A DNA stretch of 64,000 nt from Candidatus Spongiisociaceae bacterium (GTDB taxonomy: Bacteria > Actinomycetota > Acidimicrobiia > Spongiisociales > Spongiisociaceae). Numbering within the stretch: position 1 is the first letter of the stretch; the number at the start of each line of letters is the position of its first letter. The notes beneath the pieces were generated by a model. That model saw only the letters and a program-made list of their open reading frames with translations. It did no database searches and was not told the origin of the DNA. The stretch spans positions 1-64,000 of the forward strand of contig OZ241841.1 of the NCBI GenBank assembly GCA_965202665.1. Direction: 5' to 3'. Below, piece after piece: positions 40,052 to 49,311 of the stretch. Both the position numbers and the translations under genes were made by a program.

Positions 40052-42603
40052 CACTCCTCCTGCCCCACTTGTTTGGACTCTGGCAGAGGTATAACCACCA
40101 TCGATTCCACCCCGCGCCGATCAACGATTTTAACCGCCACCCGCCGATACTGACCCGCCTCAAAGGGAAGGCTTATATCCCCGTGGTACCATTCCAGAAG
40201 ATCCTCATCTATCGTCGCGCCTAGTGTCTTAGCTAGACTTCCCCAACCGTCCTTAGGACTTTGTGCGTTCGGGAAAAATATCTGGGAGGGGAACAGACTC
40301 TTTCCGTCGTAGTTGGAATCCAAAGACCACAAGGCGACCTCTTCCGCTCCGCTTGGTATAACCTTATTTGATTGATGATCATAGTAATCGAAACCAATAA
40401 TCTTTACTTGCCAAATGTCTTCACCTGTCTCCTCAATGTCAATATCAGGCTGGCCTACCAACCAAAAGACATCATCGCCAGGTTGGGCACCCTTCAAATC
40501 TGTAACAAGCAAATCAGCGTCGATAACAGCACGAACTAGATCCACCCCAGGCCAACTTTTTCGGCCTAGCAACTCGGATGCCGCCGTATCGAACCCGAAG
40601 GCTGCGAACAGCACCATCTCCGGACGTGGAACAAGTGATTGGGCTTCTTCTATAGCCTGCTCCACCTGAAAGCCCGATAAAGGCGCATAGGGCGATCCAA
40701 ACACTACAACGCACACCTTTCCTTCTTCCAATACCCCGGTGGCATGTATCCATCGGCCGCCAGCGTGTTCTGCTAGTTCATCAAAACGGATTTTGCCGTT
40801 ACGGACGGTGCGCACCCCGGAACGACGCATCTGCTCCAACCAATCTCGCCAATCATCCATTCCTTCCACATCGGCCACTACCTCCCCCCGGCTAGATGGA
40901 CCATTTTCGGACAACGGCAACACCGGATGCGGAGCATACGGAGCTGGCAACGCCTCTATAGTAAACCACCCCGTAACCCGTCGCTTACGGGATATCCTTC
41001 GTGGACGGTCTACCAAGTCGATGGTTTCCGAATCTAAATCGTATGCTAAGGTTTTAGCAGTAACCTTCGGGCAGGTCTTATATATGAACCCACTAGCCGG
41101 GCTACTCCCATCCCTCAGCTCATAATATGGGTAAACCGCGGTAAGTAACCGCTTTCTTGCTATAGTTAAAGCCACTCTGCTAGTGTCAATGGTAATCCAA
41201 CGGCGACCCCACTGCTCGGCTACATACGCGGTGGTTCCGCTCCCGCAGGTCGGATCAAGCACCAAATCACCTGGATCCGATGTCATAAGCATGCAGCGCT
41301 CTACAGCAGTAGTTGCAGTTTGGACAACATATATCTTACCAAAAGGACGTATCTGTTTCCACCATATATTATGTAGCCTGCTTCCTGGCCAATCCTCCTC
41401 GTATTTCTTATACATTAGTTGTTTTGATTTACCCGCCTTGTCACACAGCCTATTTAACTCTGCAAGATTATCCATACCTTCTTTTGATACACTCCAATGC
41501 ATATTAGGGGGACAATAAAATATTTTACCGCTCCATTTATAAGGTTCGGAACGGTTCTGGACATAGCCTTGAGATGTTAATAGGCGACGTGCATAAAGAC
41601 GTATCTTTTCCATATTATCAGGATTCTCTCTTTCTCTTTTAGATAATTCGCGTGTTGTTCCATCCAACTCTTCACCCATAACCCAAGATCCGAAATGTTT
41701 AACAACGTCTTCTCTAGTTCGCTCACCAAACAATTGGCGAAATTTAATTTTGGTTTTATCTTTAGCATACCAAAGCAGATAGTTGGCGGCATTGGGCAAC
41801 AGAGTAGAAGATCCCCCTCCCGAAGTAGCATATGTAATCAGCTCCACTCGGTTCTCAGCTCCAAATATTTCATCCAACAGCAAGCCCATCCGCATAACAT
41901 TTTCCGAACCGATCTGGACAAAAACAGACCCGCTATCCTTTAGCAGTTCCCGACATAGTAGTAATCTATCTCGCATATAAGACAAGTATGAATGAATTTC
42001 TTTTCGCCAAGTGTCCCGGAACGCCTGTACCATCTCCGGTTCCCTTGACACTCCAGTCTTGGTCTCACCTACATTCAAATTGTCCGTTACAATCTGCCAA
42101 TTCCCTCCATATTTTATACCGTAAGGTGGGTCAAAGTAAATAGTTTGAACTTGTCCGCCCATGCCCTCTTTCTCTAATAGCGATGCCATTACCAGCAGGC
42201 TGTCGCCTGCGATCATCCGATTTCGCCAACCTACCTCGTGCTGGTAAAACTCTACCGATTCCCGACCAGTCAGTTGGCCAGGATCAAATAGCGGGGGTTG
42301 CCCCCCCCCCCCCCGCGCCTCTTCCGCCCTTATGGCATCCAGAACGCTCAACGGCTCTATGCGCTCATGGACATGCAAATCCCGGACGTCCACTTCCAAA
42401 ATTCGGTTCTCGCGCTTCCCGTGCCATGACAGGAAGGGGTCGGTGCGGTCATCGTGTTCCCAAACCCGCGTCTCCGCCTCGCCCGGATGATCTAGATGCG
42501 CTTCGGCCTGACCGGCCTGCGGGTTGTTTAGCCTGCTCGCCTTGGAGTGGTCATAGGAGGACGGTCGCCCCCCCCCCCCCGTAGATCTACGTTGATTGGA
42601 CAT
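40051..42603 (-). CDS. mod: Type III R-M DNA methyltransferase (Mod subunit)
   Basis: Catalytic DPPY, SAM-binding DPTCGSGTT, AT-rich TRD between them; TGATG coupling to res. Confidence 0.9.
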   Translation of the reverse strand: MSNQRRSTGGGGRPSSYDHSKASRLNNPQAGQAEAHLDHPGEAETRVWEHDDRTDPFLSWHGKRENRILEVDVRDLHVHERIEPLSVLDAIRAEEARGGGGQPPLFDPGQLTGRESVEFYQHEVGWRNRMIAGDSLLVMASLLEKEGMGGQVQTIYFDPPYGIKYGGNWQIVTDNLNVGETKTGVSREPEMVQAFRDTWRKEIHSYLSYMRDRLLLCRELLKDSGSVFVQIGSENVMRMGLLLDEIFGAENRVELITYATSGGGSSTLLPNAANYLLWYAKDKTKIKFRQLFGERTREDVVKHFGSWVMGEELDGTTRELSKRERENPDNMEKIRLYARRLLTSQGYVQNRSEPYKWSGKIFYCPPNMHWSVSKEGMDNLAELNRLCDKAGKSKQLMYKKYEEDWPGSRLHNIWWKQIRPFGKIYVVQTATTAVERCMLMTSDPGDLVLDPTCGSGTTAYVAEQWGRRWITIDTSRVALTIARKRLLTAVYPYYELRDGSSPASGFIYKTCPKVTAKTLAYDLDSETIDLVDRPRRISRKRRVTGWFTIEALPAPYAPHPVLPLSENGPSSRGEVVADVEGMDDWRDWLEQMRRSGVRTVRNGKIRFDELAEHAGGRWIHATGVLEEGKVCVVVFGSPYAPLSGFQVEQAIEEAQSLVPRPEMVLFAAFGFDTAASELLGRKSWPGVDLVRAVIDADLLVTDLKGAQPGDDVFWLVGQPDIDIEETGEDIWQVKIIGFDYYDHQSNKVIPSGAEEVALWSLDSNYDGKSLFPSQIFFPNAQSPKDGWGSLAKTLGATIDEDLLEWYHGDISLPFEAGQYRRVAVKIVDRRGVESMVVIPLPESKQVGQEE
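42301..42314 (-). repeat. G14 homopolymer in the mod coding strand
   Basis: C14 on the + strand. Confidence 0.9.
42568..42580 (-). repeat. G13 homopolymer near the mod 5' end
   Basis: C13 on the + strand. Confidence 0.9.
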
Positions 42604-42608
42604 CTCTG

Positions 42609-42935
42609 CTACTTACCCTGAGTAGTGTTGTAGTTTTCGTTATATAACAATACTTTGGTTACGTTTACTGATTTTGTTAGGAAGGGGTTGTCTAGCGTTT
42701 CGGTGTCTAGCAGGTCTATCTTGCGGTCGAACATTTTTTGCAGTTCTAGCAGAACGTCGATGTAGAACCATGTTGACTGGTAGGCTTCCGGTTTGAACTC
42801 CACTAGGAAATCGAGGTCGCTTTGGTCGGTGAAATCACCTGTCGCGGCGGAGCCGAACAGGTGGAGGCGGCGGATGTTGTGCTCCGCGCACAACCGCCGC
42901 AGGTCAGCCAAGCGGTCCTCTATCAAAGCTATCAC
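42609..42935 (-). CDS. Minimal nucleotidyltransferase (MNT, MntA-like)
   Basis: LHLFGSAATGDFTDQSDLDFLVEF (GS-x10-DxD), KIDLL; GTG after GGAG. Confidence 0.85.
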   Translation of the reverse strand: MIALIEDRLADLRRLCAEHNIRRLHLFGSAATGDFTDQSDLDFLVEFKPEAYQSTWFYIDVLLELQKMFDRKIDLLDTETLDNPFLTKSVNVTKVLLYNENYNTTQGK

Positions 42936-42949
42936 GGGTTGACCTTCTC

Positions 42950-44146
42950 CTATTCTTTGGTTAGGTGGGTGAAGCGGCGGCGGCCTACTGATAGGGTTTT
43001 GCCTGCTACTTCTTCCCTGGGGTGGGTTTCTTCTTTTGTCGGTTGGCCGTCTATGCGGACTGCTCCTTGGGAGAGCATCCGGCGGCCTTCGCTTTTGGAC
43101 TTTACCAGGCCCGTTGCCGCTAGCAAAGCGGGCAGGTATACCGGGTCGTCCTCCGGCAGGACGTAGCGGGGGGCGTCTTCGGGGGGTTGGTGGGCGCGGA
43201 ACTGGCGGTTGAAGGCTTCCTCGGCCCGCTCCCCCGCTCCCGGGCCGTGGTAGAAGTCGGCGATGGAGCGGGCCAGCGTCCGCTTCGCCTCCCCCGGATG
43301 GGCCGTCCCCGCGGCCAGTCCGGCCGCCTGCTCTTCGGCCCGTTCCCAGTCCAAGCCGGATGCCAGGCGCAGCCACTGCGGCATGGCCTGGTCGGGGATG
43401 CTCATCGTCTTGCCGAACATTTCCTCCGGCGGCTCGTCGATCCCGATGTAGTTACCCAGGGACTGCGACATTTTCATCCGCCCGTCGGTGCCCACCAGCA
43501 ACGGCATCGTCAAAACCATCTGCGGGCGTTGGCCGAACCGCTGCTGCACCTGGCGGCCCATAATCAGGTTGAACAACTGGTCGGTCCCCCCCAGCTCCAC
43601 GTCCGCTTTGATCGCTACCGAATCGTAGGCCTGCAACAGCGGATACATGAACTCCATCATGGAAATGGGACGTTCGGCCGCAAACCGTTGGGAGAAATCG
43701 TCCCGTTCCAGCATCTGCGCCAAAGTGGTCATCGCCGTCAGACGCAGCACGTCGGCCATGTCCAAACCGGACAGCCACTCCGAATTGCGGCGAATCTCCA
43801 GGTTGTCCTCCGACAGAATCTTGCGGAACCCGCCCAGCACCGCCTCCGCGTGCTCCGCCACCTCCTCGGCGGTGAGCCGTTTGCGGGTCTCCGAACGGCC
43901 GCTCGGATCCCCCACTTGGGCGGTGAAATCCCCCACTATCAGCACCGCGGTGTGCCCCAGATCCTGGAACTGGCGCAGTTTGCGCAGAACCACCGCCCAC
44001 CCCAAAGTCACCGCCGGGGCGGTCGGGTCCAAACCTAGTTTCACCCGCAACGGGCGCCCCTCCCCCAGCCGCGCCTCCAACTCGTCCTCCGGGAGGAACG
44101 TTTCGGCGCCGCGCAACAGCCTCTCCGCCTGATGTTGGGGGTTCAT
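42950..44146 (-). CDS. tyrS: Tyrosine--tRNA ligase
   Basis: GLDPTA, GDFTAQVGDPSGR, YPLLQAYD, ELGGTDQ, C-terminal S4 domain. HIGH and KMSKS motifs are atypical. Confidence 0.95.
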   Translation of the reverse strand: MNPQHQAERLLRGAETFLPEDELEARLGEGRPLRVKLGLDPTAPAVTLGWAVVLRKLRQFQDLGHTAVLIVGDFTAQVGDPSGRSETRKRLTAEEVAEHAEAVLGGFRKILSEDNLEIRRNSEWLSGLDMADVLRLTAMTTLAQMLERDDFSQRFAAERPISMMEFMYPLLQAYDSVAIKADVELGGTDQLFNLIMGRQVQQRFGQRPQMVLTMPLLVGTDGRMKMSQSLGNYIGIDEPPEEMFGKTMSIPDQAMPQWLRLASGLDWERAEEQAAGLAAGTAHPGEAKRTLARSIADFYHGPGAGERAEEAFNRQFRAHQPPEDAPRYVLPEDDPVYLPALLAATGLVKSKSEGRRMLSQGAVRIDGQPTKEETHPREEVAGKTLSVGRRRFTHLTKE

Positions 44147-44184
44147 GACCGCCAAGAATAACGCCCCCGGCCCCCGCCCGCCTC

Positions 44185-45411
44185 TTAGGCGGCGCTGGCC
44201 CGCAGGGACTCCACCGGTTCCAAGCGGGAAGCCCGCACCGCCGGATACAGGCCGGCTAACAGCCCCACCACCGCCCCCAGCAGGGGGGCGGCCAGCGGAA
44301 TCACCGGGTTCAACACCGGCGTCCAAGTGCGGGCGGCCGACACCGCCACCACCGTCAGAATGCCCAACGAAGCCCCCACCACCCCGCCGAACAGGCCCAC
44401 CCCGGTCGACTCCAGCAGAAACTGGTAGGCGATGTGCCGCCGCCCCGCCCCCAGCGCCCGGCGCAGGCCGATTTCCCCCACCCGCTCCAGCACCGACACC
44501 AGGGTGACGTTGGCGATACCGATTCCGCCCACCAGCAGCGACACGCCCCCCAAAATCAGGAACAGGGCGTTCACGTTCTCCTGCACCTCCTCCCGCAACT
44601 CGTCCGGTTCGGGCGGGGCCTGCACCCGCACAATGGACGGGTCGTCGGGCGACACCGCTATCGGCCCCTGGGCGGCGATGAGCGGGGCCGCCCCCACCTC
44701 GGTGCGGATCTGGATGGTGGTGGGCGACTCCAACTTGTAGAGGCGGCGGGCGGTGCCCTCCGGTATGATGAGGGCGTTCAGCAACTCCGGTTGCCGTTCC
44801 ACGTCGGCCAAGATGCCCATCACCGCGAAGCTGACGTCCCCCACGAACACCACCGGTTGCTGATCCACCCGGTTCACGTTCAACCGTTGCGCCGCCCCCG
44901 AACCGAGCACCGTCACCCGGTCGGCCCGCTCCGAATGGCCGAAGTCGTACCAGCGGCCGGTGGCCAGCCGCCCCCGCGAGGCCGGGTAGATGCCCGGGGA
45001 GGCGGCGATCATCGGAATCTGAAATTCGGTTTGGCCCAGCGGGTCTTTGATGGGAACCGACCGCGCCAGGTCCCCCCCTATCGACACCTCCGCCATGGAA
45101 CCGGCCGCCACCACCCCGTTCAGGCGGGCCAGCCGCCGCTCCGAATCCCAGGGCAGGGACAAGCGCCGGTTGGCCGCCGAAAAACCCCCTTCGGTGGTCA
45201 GCACCACCGAGGTGGCCGACAGCTCGTCGAAAGTGGCCACTATTTGGTTGCCGGCCGTGTCCGCCACCCCCAAAGTGGCCACCAGGGCCGCTATCCCCAG
45301 CACCGCCCCCAAGGCGGTGAGAAGCGACCGGCCGGGGCGGGTGAACAATCCGGCCAGCGCCTCCGAAAACAGGTCCCGGAGGCGAAACCGGGAGCGGGGA
45401 ATGCCGCTCAC
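44185..45411 (-). CDS. MacB/FtsX-family ABC transporter permease
   Basis: GGIGIANV, ERVGEIGLRRALGA, GLYPA. Confidence 0.9.
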   Translation of the reverse strand: MSGIPRSRFRLRDLFSEALAGLFTRPGRSLLTALGAVLGIAALVATLGVADTAGNQIVATFDELSATSVVLTTEGGFSAANRRLSLPWDSERRLARLNGVVAAGSMAEVSIGGDLARSVPIKDPLGQTEFQIPMIAASPGIYPASRGRLATGRWYDFGHSERADRVTVLGSGAAQRLNVNRVDQQPVVFVGDVSFAVMGILADVERQPELLNALIIPEGTARRLYKLESPTTIQIRTEVGAAPLIAAQGPIAVSPDDPSIVRVQAPPEPDELREEVQENVNALFLILGGVSLLVGGIGIANVTLVSVLERVGEIGLRRALGAGRRHIAYQFLLESTGVGLFGGVVGASLGILTVVAVSAARTWTPVLNPVIPLAAPLLGAVVGLLAGLYPAVRASRLEPVESLRASAA

Positions 45412-46094
45412 GCCGCCGTCTCCTCCGCGGCCCGCCCGTCGTGCATGCCGATTATCCGCTCCGCCCGCCCGCTGACCAGCGGGTCGTGGGTGACGATGAC
45501 GATGGTCAACCCGTCGGCCCGCAACTCCTCGAACAGTTCCAAGATGGACTCGCTGGTGGCGCTGTCCAAACTGCCGGTGGGTTCATCGCACAGCAAAATG
45601 GGGGGCCGGGTGACGATCGCCCGGGCGATGGCCACCCTTTGCCGCTCCCCGCCGGACAGGCGGGAAGGAAGAAACCCGGCCCGCTCGGTCAACCCCACCC
45701 GGGCCAGCGCCTCCCGGGCCCGGGGTTTGCGCTCCGCCGGGGGGACGCTCCCGTACAGCATGGACAGGATCACGTTCTCCAGCACGGTGCGGTGGGCGAG
45801 CAGGTGAAAAGACTGGAAGACGAATCCGATGCGGTGCGCCCGCAGGCCGGTGCGCTCCCCCTCCGACAGGCCGGAAACGTCGTGCCCTTCAAACCAGTAG
45901 CGGCCGTTGCTTTGGCGGTCCAGCAGGGCGATGATGTTGAGCAAAGTGGATTTGCCGCTCCCCGACGGCCCCACAATGGACATGTAGTCCCCCCGGTTGA
46001 CGGCCAGGTCGGCCTCCCGCAGGGCGTTGATCTCCACCTCTCCGGAGCGGAAGGTGCGCCCCACCCCCTCCATCCGCACCAAAATCTCACGCAC
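45408..46094 (-). CDS. ABC transporter ATP-binding protein (LolD/MacB type)
   Basis: GPSGSGKST, LSGGERQR, CDEPTG. Confidence 0.95.
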   Translation of the reverse strand: MREILVRMEGVGRTFRSGEVEINALREADLAVNRGDYMSIVGPSGSGKSTLLNIIALLDRQSNGRYWFEGHDVSGLSEGERTGLRAHRIGFVFQSFHLLAHRTVLENVILSMLYGSVPPAERKPRAREALARVGLTERAGFLPSRLSGGERQRVAIARAIVTRPPILLCDEPTGSLDSATSESILELFEELRADGLTIVIVTHDPLVSGRAERIIGMHDGRAAEETAA

Positions 46095-48114
46095 CGGAGG
46101 CGACCCCCACCACCACCTGATCCCCCTCTATGATCTCGCCGTTCAACGGGGTGATTTCCACCAAACCCTGGGCCGCCAACCCGGGAACCACTTCCACGAA
46201 CCGGCTGGACCCGTCCTCCCCGGCGATCTCGATGCGGACCGCTCCGTCGGCGGTGGCCGACAGGGCGGCGGCCGGGACGGCCCACACCTCCCCTTCGGTG
46301 CCCCCCACCGGGATCACTATCCGCACGTTTTTTCCCACCAGGTCGTCCGGTATTTCCTCGGTGGAGGTGATTTCCATGTAATGCCGGTCGCTGGCCACGT
46401 TGCGGGTGCCGGGCCGGTTCTCCAGCAGGCGGATCACGCCCGGAATGGGGTCGGTCAGCGAAGGATCCTCGATCCGGGCCTCCCCCCCCTCCCGCACCAG
46501 CGACACGTCCCGCACCAGCACCGAGCCCCGCACCGCCAAATCGGACCCGGTGACGGTCATAAACCCGCCGCTCACCTGGCTGCCCAACTCGGAGGTGAGG
46601 GCGTCCACCCGCACCGGCATCCGCTTCAGGAAAATTACCTCCCCGGCCGGAATCCAAGTCCCGTAATCGGCCTCCAATTTGGCCAGGTCGTTGCGGGCGG
46701 CCTCCAGTTCCGTTTCCGCGTCGTCCGCCCCGCTTTGCAGTGCGGCCAAATCTGGCGGTTTCAACAGCTCGTTCAACGCGTCTTGCGCGTCCAGCAAGCG
46801 GTTGCGGGCCGTGCGGCGCTCGGTGGCGGCCAAAGCGGGGCGCCTGGCCAGCGCCGCCCGGGCGTCGGCCTCCGTCTGCCGGGCCCTCGTCAGGCGATCC
46901 TCCAGGTTGGGCGGGTTGAGCAGCTCGTTCAACGACTCCTGGGCGTCCAACAGCCGGTTGCGGGCGGCCCGCATGTCGGATTCGGCCTGTCTGGGCCGCG
47001 CCGCCACCGCCTCCCGGGCGTCGGTTATCGCCTTCTCCGCTTCCTCCAGGCTCATGCGGGCCGCGTTCACCGCCAACCGCAACGACTCCAACTGGGCGGA
47101 GGTGGGGATGTTGCCGCCCTCCGGGTGCACCCCCATCTGGGCGCTTCGCCAGCCGCTCTCCGCCTCCGCGTAAGAGCGGGCGGCCGTTTCCCGGGCCCGT
47201 TCCGCGTCCAGCACCGCCCGGGCGGCGGCCGCGTCCTCCTCGGCCACCCGCAACTCGGTTTTGCGCAGGTTCTCCCCGGCGTCGGCCGCCTCCGCCCGCG
47301 CCTGGCGCAGTTGCTTGTCGGTGGGGCCCGCCTCCAACTCCTCCAAAGACTGCTCGGCTTCGGCCAAAGCGGTGCGGGCCGCCGCGTCGGCGGCCGCCAC
47401 GCTGGTTTCGATGTTGTTCCAATTTTCCTGGGCGTCGGCCACGGCGCTGCGCGCCTGGCGGAGCTGGGCGTCGGTGGGGCCCCTTTCCGCATCCGTCAAA
47501 CTTTTGCGGGCGGCGCGCAGGGAGTCGTCGGCGGATTTCACCCGGTTGCGGGCCGTTTTCAGGGAAGTCTGCTCCTGTTCGCTGATCCCGTTGGCCTGGT
47601 AGCCCCGGGCCTGGTACCAGGTTTCCACCGCCGTCTCGGTGTTTTCGTCCCAAACCTGGTCGGCTTCCCCGTCGAAAAACCCGAGGCGGATCAAAGACCG
47701 TTCCAACTGCATCACATCCGGGCCGACCGCCCCCGGCCGCATATCCCGGAACACCGGAATGGGGCCTTCCAGCAGGAACACCGGCCGGCCCGCTATTTCA
47801 ATGGCCGTCTCCCCCTCCGCCAGGTCATCCCCCCGGCTGGGGGCGGCGGTCACCACCAGATTCCCGGACACCCCGCCCAGGGACCCGCCCAAGGAAAGAA
47901 TGGCCGGATCGTCGTATCCGACATCGGCCCGGGTGATCACGTTGGCCGACAGTTCGGTGCGTTCCACCGTCACCGTGATCAACGAAGGATCCGGCGGCTC
48001 CGCTTCGGCGGCTATCTGTGCGGGGGAACGTATGCTCCGCCCGAACCACCATCCCGTCCCGGCGGACGCCGCCACCAGCAAGACGACTACGCCGACCGAC
48101 AGCCCGCGTTTCAT
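46087..48114 (-). CDS. Efflux adaptor (MacA-like) with peptidoglycan-binding domain and extended coiled coil
   Basis: N-terminal TM, GPDVMQLERSL PG-binding motif, long helical hairpin, VPAAAL..GL. Confidence 0.75.
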   Translation of the reverse strand: MKRGLSVGVVVLLVAASAGTGWWFGRSIRSPAQIAAEAEPPDPSLITVTVERTELSANVITRADVGYDDPAILSLGGSLGGVSGNLVVTAAPSRGDDLAEGETAIEIAGRPVFLLEGPIPVFRDMRPGAVGPDVMQLERSLIRLGFFDGEADQVWDENTETAVETWYQARGYQANGISEQEQTSLKTARNRVKSADDSLRAARKSLTDAERGPTDAQLRQARSAVADAQENWNNIETSVAAADAAARTALAEAEQSLEELEAGPTDKQLRQARAEAADAGENLRKTELRVAEEDAAAARAVLDAERARETAARSYAEAESGWRSAQMGVHPEGGNIPTSAQLESLRLAVNAARMSLEEAEKAITDAREAVAARPRQAESDMRAARNRLLDAQESLNELLNPPNLEDRLTRARQTEADARAALARRPALAATERRTARNRLLDAQDALNELLKPPDLAALQSGADDAETELEAARNDLAKLEADYGTWIPAGEVIFLKRMPVRVDALTSELGSQVSGGFMTVTGSDLAVRGSVLVRDVSLVREGGEARIEDPSLTDPIPGVIRLLENRPGTRNVASDRHYMEITSTEEIPDDLVGKNVRIVIPVGGTEGEVWAVPAAALSATADGAVRIEIAGEDGSSRFVEVVPGLAAQGLVEITPLNGEIIEGDQVVVGVASGA

Positions 48115-48135
48115 CGCCCGCCGCCGGCGGTCAAA

Positions 48136-49212
48136 TCAACCCACGCCCAAAGAGTCGCGGGCCCGGAGCAAGGCGTCCCGATTTTGTTGGATGAACTCCT
48201 TCTCATATTCGGATCGCACCTCCTGCTCCAGTTGCCGCCGCGCCTCCCCGCATTCGTAGTTGGCCACCGCCAAGGCGATCTCCTCCTCCTGCAGGGCGGT
48301 CAGCGCCTCCTGGTCCACATCCTGGCGGGACTGCTGCTCGAACTGGGCGTAGAAATCATCCAACTCCTGCGGGCTGCTGTTGGCCACAAACTCCTGTATC
48401 TCCTCGTCCGACCATCCGGCGAAAGGATCGGAGCCTCCGGCAATGGCCTGGTATCTCTGCTGCAGGTCGTCAAGGGCCGTGTTCCAAATATCGTCGGCGC
48501 TCTCGTACTGGTAGCCCCGATCGGACATGCAGGCGGTCCAACCCTGGTCGGCGTCCGCCATCCGGGGATCGGCGTCCACCCGCTCTTGCAGATCGGTTAG
48601 CAACGGTTCCAACTCTGAAAAAATGGCTTCGGCTTGGCCGAACACTTCTTGCGCCGCCTCCCCTTGGCATCCTCCGCCCCAAAAAGTGGCGTCCGACTCT
48701 TCCGCCCCGGCCTCCAGTCCGGTTTCCGCGCCGTACAATCCTTCGTAGTAGGCGTTTCTCTCCGACTCCGACATAGCGGCCACAATGGCTTCGTTGGGGT
48801 CCGTCCACTGCCCGGACGGGTCATTTTCATCAATCGCGTCGTATCTGGTGCTGATGCCGAAACCCTGCTCGCGGGCGAACTGCTCCTCGTCGAAGGCGAC
48901 CCCGATAATGGAGGACGGGGTCGCCGCGGGCACGTATTCAAACCCCTGGTTGGCCATGCAGGTTGCTATCAACTCCTGCTGGCGCATCTCCCATCGGCGG
49001 AACTGTTCCTGGGAGGCGTCCGGGTCGTTGGGGTCGAAGCCGAAGAAGGAATCCAAGGTAGCGGGTTCTTCGCCGGGATCCGGCGCGGCGGTAGTGGAGG
49101 TTTCCCCCTCCGTCCCGGCGGAAAGTTCCCCGTCCGCCCCGGACGAGGAGCCGCAGGCGGCCGCCGTCAAAAGCAACGCCGCACCTAGCATCGAAAGCAA
49201 ACGCCTGGGCAT
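48136..49212 (-). CDS. Hypothetical acidic lipoprotein upstream of the ABC exporter
   Basis: Lipobox AAAC; CM..GFEY and W..CM..GY motifs; RBS AAAGGGG. Confidence 0.7.
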   Translation of the reverse strand: MPRRLLSMLGAALLLTAAACGSSSGADGELSAGTEGETSTTAAPDPGEEPATLDSFFGFDPNDPDASQEQFRRWEMRQQELIATCMANQGFEYVPAATPSSIIGVAFDEEQFAREQGFGISTRYDAIDENDPSGQWTDPNEAIVAAMSESERNAYYEGLYGAETGLEAGAEESDATFWGGGCQGEAAQEVFGQAEAIFSELEPLLTDLQERVDADPRMADADQGWTACMSDRGYQYESADDIWNTALDDLQQRYQAIAGGSDPFAGWSDEEIQEFVANSSPQELDDFYAQFEQQSRQDVDQEALTALQEEEIALAVANYECGEARRQLEQEVRSEYEKEFIQQNRDALLRARDSLGVG

Positions 49213-49311
49213 CGCATACCCCTTTCGTTCCGGGGGCTCCGGGAAGCGGAGACGCGTCCGGCGGGCGGAACCCTCCCTCATATTATGCCACATGCCCGTT
49301 GGCAATCGTCT

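Noticed and set aside
32000-43000. Prophage or integrative element explaining the island
   Set aside because: No integrase, phage or conjugation genes and no att repeats recognisable by eye.
42936-43376. Long N-terminal extension on MNT (similar extensions on tyrS, mpg, pheT, rpe)
   Set aside because: Overlaps upstream genes; better starts with RBS or coupling lie downstream.
45770-48600. 627-aa and 867-aa ORFs over the ABC exporter genes
   Set aside because: Off-frame and antisense shadows of well-supported genes.
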